Source of the DNA: Candidatus Ozemobacteraceae bacterium
GTDB taxonomy: Bacteria; Muiribacteriota; Ozemobacteria; Ozemobacterales; Ozemobacteraceae
Length of the DNA stretch: 64,000 bases
Reading direction: 5' to 3'
Assembly: GCA_965140445.1 (NCBI GenBank)
Contig: OZ223236.1
Coordinates: 1,280,001-1,344,000, forward strand
In this document: in pieces, positions 29,735 through 37,764 of the stretch
Numbering within the stretch: the first letter of the stretch is position 1
How the letters are laid out: every line of letters starts with the position of its first letter
Notes under the pieces: model-generated
What the model was told of the DNA's origin: nothing
Databases searched by the model: none
The model's input: only the letters and a program-made list of their open reading frames with translations
Made by a program: the position numbers and the translations under genes

Positions 29735-30440
29735 GTTTGATAAAATTTCTGACTTTAGTGGTTATCTGGAGAGGATAGATACAGAAGCTCTAAGATCATT
29801 TATCCAGAATCTTAAAGAACCCGTCTGGGAAAACGAACTTATTAATGTGGCTTTTGGGGTGGGGGACTCCTGGACAATACCAGCATTAACTTTGTATCGT
29901 CAGCATTTCAGCCTGTTTCATGTTTTACATAAGCTAAGACTTGAGTTTGAGCGGGAGAGAAAATTTCTGCATATCCATTTTATGCGAACCTTTTTAATAG
30001 ATATTCCTGCTGGTTGTAGATATTATTGCGCGGATCTTTCAAGTTTCTGCGGCGAGCCTCTGGAAAATGGATCGCATCTATGTAATTTTCATAGCAAGCT
30101 GCAGGGTGAAGCTCAGTTGGACGAGCTGTCTGATTATCATTTTTATATGGATGAAGAAAATTTTTATTCCATAACCGAAGAAAATGCAGAAGATTTTATA
30201 AATGGCGCATGGGAATTGATGGCAAATTTTAAAAAGGTGGAAGAAAGCTATCAGATACTTGGTCTGGCTCCAGGTAGTGATATGAAAACCACCAGACAGC
30301 GTTTCCGCTTTCTTGCCCGTGAACTGCACCCGGATGTCTCCACCCTTGAAAAAGCCACAGACGGAAAAGAGTTTGCTAAAGTTAACTCTGCCTATAGAAC
30401 AATTCAGAAATATCTTATGGGTCTCAAAATTAAAAAGTGA
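29724..30440 (+). CDS. DnaJ-related protein (DNAJ_related N-terminal domain plus C-terminal J domain)
   Basis: LYRQHF.LFH.L..L N-terminal motif; C-terminal J domain YQILGL...LARELHPD...F..VN.AY. Likely start is ATG 29724. Confidence 0.8.
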   Translation: MNAEFDKISDFSGYLERIDTEALRSFIQNLKEPVWENELINVAFGVGDSWTIPALTLYRQHFSLFHVLHKLRLEFERERKFLHIHFMRTFLIDIPAGCRYYCADLSSFCGEPLENGSHLCNFHSKLQGEAQLDELSDYHFYMDEENFYSITEENAEDFINGAWELMANFKKVEESYQILGLAPGSDMKTTRQRFRFLARELHPDVSTLEKATDGKEFAKVNSAYRTIQKYLMGLKIKK

Positions 30441-30530
30441 GTTGCAGACTGTTATCAAAGCTGACGAAGTATAGTAATAGCGGCTATTTAAAAGACTATG
30501 CAAATAATTTGTTCGATTTGGGAATGACAA

Positions 30531-30539
30531 TGCTATAAT
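30531..30539 (+). promoter_or_regulatory. Extended -10 promoter element (TGCTATAAT)
   Basis: Perfect TGnTATAAT ending 34 bp upstream of ATG 30573. Confidence 0.5.
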
Positions 30540-30572
30540 TGTACATAGCAAGAATACGTTGGCAGAGGGACT

Positions 30573-31580
30573 ATGAAAAAGCAGGATATTGAATACAAAG
30601 TATTAAACATCCTTGAGCGCCTTGAGAAAGGCCATCCAATAGAGGATGACGAAGTTGAACTTAAAGCGGAATGGCCAAAAGATCATTTTCGTGCTGCCCG
30701 AAGAATTGCCGCGCATGCCAACGCTTCACGTGGTGAGCCAATTCTGTGGCTAATCGGAATTGATGAGAAAAAAGGTCCTGTGGGTGCCGACTTTGAAGAG
30801 TTATCCATATGGTATGCCAAGCTGAGATCTAATTTCGATCAGCTATTGGTGCCTAATCTCGTAAGTCTTGCAATTCCATACGAAGGCATGACAATTGTCG
30901 CGTTGCTTTTTGAAACAGAGCGATCTCCATATGTAATTAAAATACCTGAAGGAACAGGGCTTGTTTCCTATGAAGTTCCCTGGCGAGAGGCCAACTCAAC
31001 CAGATCCGCAAGACGTTCGGATCTGATCAAACTTTTGTATCCCATTCAAAAGAAGCCGAGACTTGAAGTTATTGATGGCAAAATTGAGCTGCAAAAAGCT
31101 CTCACCGGGCAGGGGCAGAATGGCTCTTCCACATATCAGTGGAGCTTGAATCTTAAGCTTTACATAGTAACCTTTTCATCAGAAACCATTGTTATCCCGC
31201 TTCATAAATGCGAGGTCGTTTTTAGACCCGCCGGAAGGCCAGATGAGCAGAAATTTGACGAGATAAGGCTTGCTCCGCCAACATCCTTTAATACGCGGGG
31301 CATGGAGAAAAAATCCCAATCCCTGACCGTTAGCGCAACGGATTACGAGGTGCTGATTGATACCGCCGGAATGATGCAACTTACTGGCGAATTGTTCGTT
31401 GAGAATCGCCCATCAGGCATGCTTTTTGAAGAAATTACTGTAAAAGGTCGCCTAAAGTCTCATCATATAGAAGATTTTGTAACTTTCAGCGTGGATTTCG
31501 CCCTGGTAGGCTCTCCAAAGCCCGATAATTCCGATCGCATTCTGGGCACCTGGAAACTGGTAAGTCCGGATAATTTTTAA
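30573..31580 (+). CDS. Schlafen/AlbA_2-domain protein with a beta-rich C-terminal domain
   Basis: IEDDEVELK (E-x4-E-x-K), IAAHANA.RG...LIGIDE, PY and R....TR motifs of AlbA_2. Confidence 0.75.
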   Translation: MKKQDIEYKVLNILERLEKGHPIEDDEVELKAEWPKDHFRAARRIAAHANASRGEPILWLIGIDEKKGPVGADFEELSIWYAKLRSNFDQLLVPNLVSLAIPYEGMTIVALLFETERSPYVIKIPEGTGLVSYEVPWREANSTRSARRSDLIKLLYPIQKKPRLEVIDGKIELQKALTGQGQNGSSTYQWSLNLKLYIVTFSSETIVIPLHKCEVVFRPAGRPDEQKFDEIRLAPPTSFNTRGMEKKSQSLTVSATDYEVLIDTAGMMQLTGELFVENRPSGMLFEEITVKGRLKSHHIEDFVTFSVDFALVGSPKPDNSDRILGTWKLVSPDNF

Positions 31581-31600
31581 TAATTCTTTGGAGCCTTTGC

Positions 31601-32095
31601 ATGTCTGCCAACCGCTGGATAAAAGAACTAAACATGATTCGTCACCCCGAAGGTGGCTACTACGCCGAATTTTATCGTTCCGATTCAACTATTCGCAGGG
31701 AAGGTCTCCCCGAAGCCTTTGCGGGCGATAGATCATTTCTAACCTCAATCTATTTCCTGCTTGAAGGCCAGGACGTTTCAAAATTCCACCGCCTCAAATC
31801 CGACGAAATGTGGTATTTCCTTGATGGCTCCGAGCTGACCATCCACATAATTGCCCCAGATGGCAACTACTCAGCAAAAAAACTTGGTCGAAATCCCATG
31901 GGTGGAGCACCTTTCCAACAGGTCGTTCCCGCCGGAAACTGGTTCGGCTCCTCAGTAGACGCCCCCAACTCCTACGCCCTTGTAGCGTGCGCCGTCGGCC
32001 CCGGCTTTGATTTCAAAGACTTTGAACTCTGCACTTTTGAAAAGCTGGTCGCTCAGTATCCCCAGCATGAAGAGATAATCAGGAAGTTATCCTAA
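31601..32095 (+). CDS. Cupin_5 (DUF985) family protein
   Basis: HPEGGYY.E.YRS, TSIYFLL, HRLKSDEMWYF and VACAVGPGFDFKDF motifs. Confidence 0.9.
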   Translation: MSANRWIKELNMIRHPEGGYYAEFYRSDSTIRREGLPEAFAGDRSFLTSIYFLLEGQDVSKFHRLKSDEMWYFLDGSELTIHIIAPDGNYSAKKLGRNPMGGAPFQQVVPAGNWFGSSVDAPNSYALVACAVGPGFDFKDFELCTFEKLVAQYPQHEEIIRKLS

Positions 32096-33517
32096 ACTTT
32101 TAAATGCTTTAAGGGCTCTTTCACGGCCTGTTTTGTAATCTTCTATGGGTTCGGGATAGTTTGTGCCTTTAATGGCTTTTGCTAGCTTTATTGGGTCGTG
32201 TAAAGCCGCTGAATCAAGTTTTGCCAGTTCTGGACAATATTTTTTTATGAAGATTGCATCTTTGTCGAATCTTTTGCTTTGGCTGAAAGGATTAAAAATT
32301 CTGAAGTAGGGGACTGAATCGGTTCCTGTGGATGCAGACCATTGCCAACCGCCATTATTTGCTGCTAAGTCTCCATCTATAAGAGTTTCCATGAAGTATT
32401 TTTCCCCCAATCGCCAATCTAGAAGGAGAATCTTGGATAAGAACATCGCTGAAACCATGCGCAGTCGATTGTGCATCCAGCCGGTTTCATTCAATTGCCT
32501 CATGGCAGCATCAACGATTGGATAACCTGTTTGTCCGGTTTTCCAGGCATTTAACTGCTTCTCATCGTATCGCCAGGCGAGATCTTTGGTTTTATCTTTG
32601 AACGGCTGATCCATGCATACTTTAGGGAAGTTGATAAGTATCTGGGTGTAAAATTCACGCCAGATCAGTTCGGATACCCAGGAACTTAGGCCTGGTGGAA
32701 GTTTGTCTATTGTGGTTTTGCTGTGCTCAAGGACTTTTCTGATGCATGTCTGGACCGAAATTACTCCAGCGGCAAGGTAGGGTGAAAGTTTACTTGTTCC
32801 AGCTATTGAGGGGAAATCCCTGTCATTTTCGTAATTAGCTCCAGGATTTTTTATGAAGCTATGAAGCTGATCCAGGGCATATTTTTCCCCGGCTGGCCAC
32901 AATGATTTGCTATATGCGGATTTATCAAATCCATCTATGGTTTCGGGGATGGGGTTAGGTTTCAGCCCTGTGGAAGTTATAGCAGGAGCAGGAGAGTAGG
33001 CTTCTACCATTTCCAGTTCGAATTGCTCCAGCCACTTTTTCTTGAAAGGTGTAAAAACGGTGTAGTGATTGCCGCTTGCTGTGAATAAGCTTCTGGGGCC
33101 AAGAACTGTCCTGTCTCTCAGACGCCTTACTGAAATTTCACTGGCAAATTTTTGAATAATAGCAGTATCTCTGACTTTTTCATTTACTTCATATTCCTCA
33201 TTAAAATAAAGAGCATCTATTTTATTTCGTTGAATGCGAGCTTCAAGCAGAGCAGGGATATCGGAAAAATTATCTGCGATTTCAACATCAAGAATAATGT
33301 TGAGTTTGGCCAGGTCTTTGCGGAGCTGTTTAAGGTTTTCCAACCAGAAATAAACTTTGGCTGGAGCTTCGTTATGTTCTTTCCATTGCCCGGGAGTTAT
33401 AAAGAATATGGCATCAACTCCATTTTTACATTCCTGAATTGCTTTAATCAGAGCATAATTATCCTGGCATCTTAGATCTCGACGAAACCACAGCAGACCT
33501 TTTTTTCCTGATTCCAT
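32087..33517 (-). CDS. phrB: Deoxyribodipyrimidine photolyase (class I CPD)
   Basis: WFRRDLR..DN, TSKLSPYL..G, ELIWREFY, TGYPIVDAAMRQL..TGWMHNRLRM and NNGGWQW motifs. Confidence 0.93.
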   Translation of the reverse strand: MESGKKGLLWFRRDLRCQDNYALIKAIQECKNGVDAIFFITPGQWKEHNEAPAKVYFWLENLKQLRKDLAKLNIILDVEIADNFSDIPALLEARIQRNKIDALYFNEEYEVNEKVRDTAIIQKFASEISVRRLRDRTVLGPRSLFTASGNHYTVFTPFKKKWLEQFELEMVEAYSPAPAITSTGLKPNPIPETIDGFDKSAYSKSLWPAGEKYALDQLHSFIKNPGANYENDRDFPSIAGTSKLSPYLAAGVISVQTCIRKVLEHSKTTIDKLPPGLSSWVSELIWREFYTQILINFPKVCMDQPFKDKTKDLAWRYDEKQLNAWKTGQTGYPIVDAAMRQLNETGWMHNRLRMVSAMFLSKILLLDWRLGEKYFMETLIDGDLAANNGGWQWSASTGTDSVPYFRIFNPFSQSKRFDKDAIFIKKYCPELAKLDSAALHDPIKLAKAIKGTNYPEPIEDYKTGRERALKAFKSLG

Positions 33518-33699
33518 ACTATTCTTTCTCCTTATTCTGCATGTGATTTAAAAATTTCTGTAAATATTTGATTTATTTTATGCCGGATAGGTTCAAAGAG
33601 CAAATGAACTGGTTTTGCTTTGCTCAAATATTTTTTTTCAAAGCCTAAAATAATGTGAATTTCATTGTACAGAGCTGAGGTGACGCTTCTATTATTTTT

Positions 33700-33708
33700 T
33701 GGTATAAT
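33700..33708 (+). promoter_or_regulatory. Extended -10 promoter element (TGGTATAAT)
   Basis: Perfect TGnTATAAT upstream of the amylase RBS and ATG. Confidence 0.5.
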
Positions 33709-33743
33709 TCATAAATAAGGTCTTCATATACAAGGGGAAACAA

Positions 33744-35054
33744 ATGAAGAAATTCAGTTTTAAGGTTCTGATGTCGCTTCTGGTTCTTTGTCTGGTCGCG
33801 GGTTCTGTTTATGCCGATCCACCAAAGCGAGTTGCATATGGTGTAATTATGCAGGGTTTCGGTTGGAATGCTCAGGCCAAAGGAATTCCAAGTCGTTGGT
33901 ATCAACTTATTGGGCATCGTGCGCAAAGCATGAAGGAACTTGGAGTCGACTTTGTATGGTTTCCCCCTGTTAGTCGTTCTGTAAGCCCACAGGGCTATCT
34001 TCCTGGTGACTATTATGATCTTGGTTCAAAAGATACCCCAACCTTTTATGGCGACAAAGATCAGCTTATTAGCGCACTTAAAAAGTTGAATGAAGTTGGC
34101 GTTTCCCCAATTGCTGACATAGTTATTAATCATAGATGCGCAGGCAAACAGGATAACAACGGAATATGGAACATTTACCATTTTGCCTCTGGCAAAGCCA
34201 GCTGGGAGCAATGGTCAATTTGTAAGGGCGAATACGGTGGAACAGGCAAAGCTGATACCGGCGGAAACTACGGCGCTGCACCAGATTTGGATCACACCAA
34301 CGCAAAAGTTCAGGAAGATATTACCGAATGGATGAAGTGGCTCAAAACTCTTGGTTTTAAAGCCTGGAGATACGATTATTCCAAAGGTTATGGCGCAAAA
34401 TACGCAGGGATTTATGACAAGAATACTTCCCCAATCTTTTCAGTTGGCGAAGTTTGGACAAATATGGCATTTCAGGGTTCAAATCTGAATCCAAATCAGG
34501 ATGCTCATCGCCAGACTCTTTGTAATTGGCTTGACGAAAATAAAAGTGAAGTTGGATGCGTTTTTGACTTTACCACCAAAGGAATCTTACAGGTTGCCGT
34601 AAATGGTGAATACTGGCGCTTACAGGACAAAGACGGCAAGCCATCAGGACTTATTGGATGGTGGCCACAGCGTGCCGTAACTTTCCTTGATAACCATGAC
34701 ACTGGCTCTCAGCAAAGCCATTGGCCTTTCCCCGGCAAGCATATTATGCAGGGATACGCCTATATTCTAACTCATCCTGGTATCCCATGTGTGTTTTGGG
34801 AACACGTTTATGACTGGAACCTATATTCAGCAATCAAACGACTTATAGCAATTCGAAAGCTTTATAAGATTCACAGCGCAAGCAAAGTGAAAATCCTGAA
34901 AGCCGAAAACGGCCTATATGCCGCAGAAATAGATAAAAAACTCTACCTTAAACTTGGCTCAAAAGACTGGCAGCCAGAGGACCCAACAGTTAAATTGCTC
35001 GCCAGCGGCGACCAATTCGCCGTATGGGGCAAGATCTCCCGCAAGAAGAAATAA
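33744..35054 (+). CDS. Secreted alpha-amylase, glycoside hydrolase family 13
   Basis: Signal peptide; conserved regions DIVINHR, WRYDYSKG, GEVW and FLDNHDTG; YAYILTHPG.P; C-terminal beta domain. Confidence 0.92.
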   Translation: MKKFSFKVLMSLLVLCLVAGSVYADPPKRVAYGVIMQGFGWNAQAKGIPSRWYQLIGHRAQSMKELGVDFVWFPPVSRSVSPQGYLPGDYYDLGSKDTPTFYGDKDQLISALKKLNEVGVSPIADIVINHRCAGKQDNNGIWNIYHFASGKASWEQWSICKGEYGGTGKADTGGNYGAAPDLDHTNAKVQEDITEWMKWLKTLGFKAWRYDYSKGYGAKYAGIYDKNTSPIFSVGEVWTNMAFQGSNLNPNQDAHRQTLCNWLDENKSEVGCVFDFTTKGILQVAVNGEYWRLQDKDGKPSGLIGWWPQRAVTFLDNHDTGSQQSHWPFPGKHIMQGYAYILTHPGIPCVFWEHVYDWNLYSAIKRLIAIRKLYKIHSASKVKILKAENGLYAAEIDKKLYLKLGSKDWQPEDPTVKLLASGDQFAVWGKISRKKK

Positions 35055-35082
35055 TGGCAATTTAAAATAGTCTAGAACTAAG

Positions 35083-35125
35083 AACCGCCTCTCGATGAAT
35101 CCCAATCGAGAGGCGGTTTTGTTTT
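35083..35125 (+). terminator. Intrinsic terminator after the amylase gene
   Basis: Perfect 14-bp stem AACCGCCTCTCGAT / ATCGAGAGGCGGTT with an 8-nt loop and a T-rich tail. Confidence 0.85.
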
Positions 35126-35414
35126 CTAGAATTTTGTCACAGGCCAGAATATTGTGCAAAAAGAGATGGAATGGAAGCTTTAAGCTTGTTGACTTAACCT
35201 TTGGTTAGGGCCGGTTTTGAAGTATTACTAAAACTAATTGTGCGCTGTGGATTTTATTGGTTTGAGATAGAAGAGCGGGGGAGTTGTTTTGTAAAAAACT
35301 TGGGCCTTATTTGATTGGTTTAAAATTTGAACATGCCAATGATTTTAAGCTGGTTGTAAAGCATACTAAATGCACAGAAAATATTGCTCTTGGATTAATT
35401 TTATATGCAAATTG

Positions 35415-35459
35415 AAAAAAAATCCAGAATATACCTCTATATAGATATATTCTGGATTT
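35415..35459 (-). terminator. Intrinsic terminator of the lipoprotein operon
   Basis: 14-bp inverted repeat AAATCCAGAATATA / TATATTCTGGATTT running into a minus-strand T-run, just past the stop at 35472. Confidence 0.7.
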
Positions 35460-35471
35460 AAAAATTTTTAA

Positions 35472-37748
35472 CTAATTGGTAAAAACCTGAATTCTATGAT
35501 TTGAGCTGTCAGAAACAAATATTTTTCCATCAGAATTTATCGCAATTTTTGAGGGAGAATTAAATTGCCCATTGCCACTTCCTACACCACCAAAAATTGA
35601 AACAAGCATTCCTGAACTGTCAAATTTTTGAATCCTATTATTGCCAGTATCACTTACATAAATGTTGCCAGCACTATCAATGGTAATTCCGCAAGGGTTT
35701 GAAAATTGCTTCGGACCGTTTCCTTGTCCTCCAAAAACTTCAAAGCTATTTGATACTGATGGATTGAATGTAATGACTCTATTATTTGACGAATCTGCGA
35801 CATAGATTTTTCCTGTAGAATCAATTGCTATATCCTGTGGATAGGCAAACTGGTCGATACCGTTGCCATATGTTCCCCATTTTGCTTCCCAACTGTCAGA
35901 TGATGAGGAAATATCAAACTTTTGAATCCTAGAATTTCCTGTGTCGGCTATAAACAAATCATTGTTAGAGTCAATTAACCCGCCTTTGGGTTTCCATACC
36001 AAACCATTAGCTGTTCCTTGCGAGCCAATGATTCTTGAGAAGCTGGCATTTGAATCGAATACATGAACTCTATACCCAGAGTCTTCAATAACAAACATGG
36101 TATCATTTGAATCAAAAAGAATATCTTTTGGATCGTTAAACTCATAATTGCCTGTTCCAGTATTTGGGCCTCCAATTATGGCCAATAAAGTCCCTGTGGC
36201 AGTGTATTTTTTTACTCTATGGTTGTATGAGTCAGCTACCCATAGGTTTCCATTAGAATCAAAATTTAATCCGTTTGGGTAGGAAAAATCAGCATCTCCA
36301 CTGCCATTTGATCCCCATTGCGCATAGTAAGAAGGGCCAGCTATAGTTGTTCTTATTGTAAGATTGGAAGTTTCAGTATTGCCCCACTCGGTAAACGTAT
36401 ATGTGATTACATCTTCTCCATATGTTGATGGCCCACTGAAAATAGTTCCGTTAAGAGTTCCGGTTCCACTGGTGTGCGAATATGCAAAAGAAGAAACTGT
36501 TTGGCTGCTTCCATCAGAATAGTTTGCTGTAACAACCACTGAACTGATATCTTTGGAGCTATTATTGTCGCAACCAAGAACTTCAGGAGTAAGACTAATC
36601 CCTGTTAAGGTCCTCATTGTAGCGTAGGCTACAACAGTGTCTGTGTCTTTGTTGTAGATTTCGATGAGAGCTCCGTTAGGGATGGTTTCTGAAAAGAAAA
36701 TTGAGTTGAAGTCGTTGACGGTCATCAGGTCAATTGATTTGCATACGAGGATTACGCCGTCGCTAAGGCTTATGCTGGGAGATTTGGCCCATTCGATTGG
36801 GGTGCTGGTCGCTGTTCCTTTTGAGCAATCAAGCATTGTAACTGGATCAAATGTTGAATCAACGCCATGAATTTTTACTTGAAGATTGTAGGTGTTTAAG
36901 CCAGATGCTGTTGTATTAAGTGGAATCTGGTGCCAGGTAATTGGGTCTTGTGGATAATTCACAACAGGGCCGTTGGTATTTGGATCTAATTCTTTGGCGC
37001 GAGCCACCATTTTTTCTGCATCTCTGCCAACTTGATACCATGCTATTAAAAGGGCTGCGTCATAGCTGTTTACTATTCCATCATCGTTAAGATCATCAGT
37101 AATGGAATTTGGTAAAGCTACAATTGGTCCCTGTATTCCTGACCATATGTCCTGAGCAAAAGGCCAGATAACATCAACAGTTTTGGGAGAGGACATATAC
37201 CAGGCCATGTATAGAATGATGTCGTGACTATTTACAACGGAATTGCCGTTATAATCCATGCGGAAAGTATAGCTTCCAATCATTTGATATCTGAAGGCAG
37301 GGTTCTGGGCATTAGCTATATCAGCATTATAAACTTCAATTTTTGCTCCTGTTGGAATAGGAGTTGAAAATTCCATGCTGCTAAAAGGCTCTATGCCTTT
37401 AAAATCCATATCATTAGCAGCCAGAACAATTCCATTAGAAAATGGAATCGCAGCCTTTTTTAAGGTTTTTACACTGCCAGAAATAGTTTTCACTGTAGCA
37501 GTGGTATCAAAAGTTTCTGGAACCCCGGAAATGCGAATCTGCATACAAATACTGTTTAAAGCAGTCGAAACCTTATTAAACAGAACCTGATTTGCTCCAG
37601 TCCCCTCTGCAACAGCAAAGTTATTAGAACTAGCCACCGCAGAAATCACAGGACTACTAGGATTAGATCCGCTGCTGCCGCAGCCGGTGAAACTCAAAAT
37701 AGACAAAATGGAAACGATTGTAACTATTAGTATTTTATTATTTAGCAT
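35472..37748 (-). CDS. Lipoprotein: domain X - dockerin-like pair - domain X - Ig-like - NHL beta-propeller
   Basis: Lipobox FTGC; DYNGNSVVNSHD and DLNDDGIVNSYD loops; six NHL repeats (e.g. FSNPCGITIDSAGNIYVSDTGNNRIQKF). Confidence 0.85.
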   Translation of the reverse strand: MLNNKILIVTIVSILSILSFTGCGSSGSNPSSPVISAVASSNNFAVAEGTGANQVLFNKVSTALNSICMQIRISGVPETFDTTATVKTISGSVKTLKKAAIPFSNGIVLAANDMDFKGIEPFSSMEFSTPIPTGAKIEVYNADIANAQNPAFRYQMIGSYTFRMDYNGNSVVNSHDIILYMAWYMSSPKTVDVIWPFAQDIWSGIQGPIVALPNSITDDLNDDGIVNSYDAALLIAWYQVGRDAEKMVARAKELDPNTNGPVVNYPQDPITWHQIPLNTTASGLNTYNLQVKIHGVDSTFDPVTMLDCSKGTATSTPIEWAKSPSISLSDGVILVCKSIDLMTVNDFNSIFFSETIPNGALIEIYNKDTDTVVAYATMRTLTGISLTPEVLGCDNNSSKDISSVVVTANYSDGSSQTVSSFAYSHTSGTGTLNGTIFSGPSTYGEDVITYTFTEWGNTETSNLTIRTTIAGPSYYAQWGSNGSGDADFSYPNGLNFDSNGNLWVADSYNHRVKKYTATGTLLAIIGGPNTGTGNYEFNDPKDILFDSNDTMFVIEDSGYRVHVFDSNASFSRIIGSQGTANGLVWKPKGGLIDSNNDLFIADTGNSRIQKFDISSSSDSWEAKWGTYGNGIDQFAYPQDIAIDSTGKIYVADSSNNRVITFNPSVSNSFEVFGGQGNGPKQFSNPCGITIDSAGNIYVSDTGNNRIQKFDSSGMLVSIFGGVGSGNGQFNSPSKIAINSDGKIFVSDSSNHRIQVFTN

Positions 37749-37764
37749 TTTAGTGTCCTTCTCT

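Noticed and set aside
33560..33700. Possible riboswitch in the phrB-amylase divergent spacer (GAGCAAA...TTTGCTC)
   Set aside because: There is only a 7-bp inverted repeat, it lies upstream of the amylase -10 element, and I could not match any riboswitch consensus.
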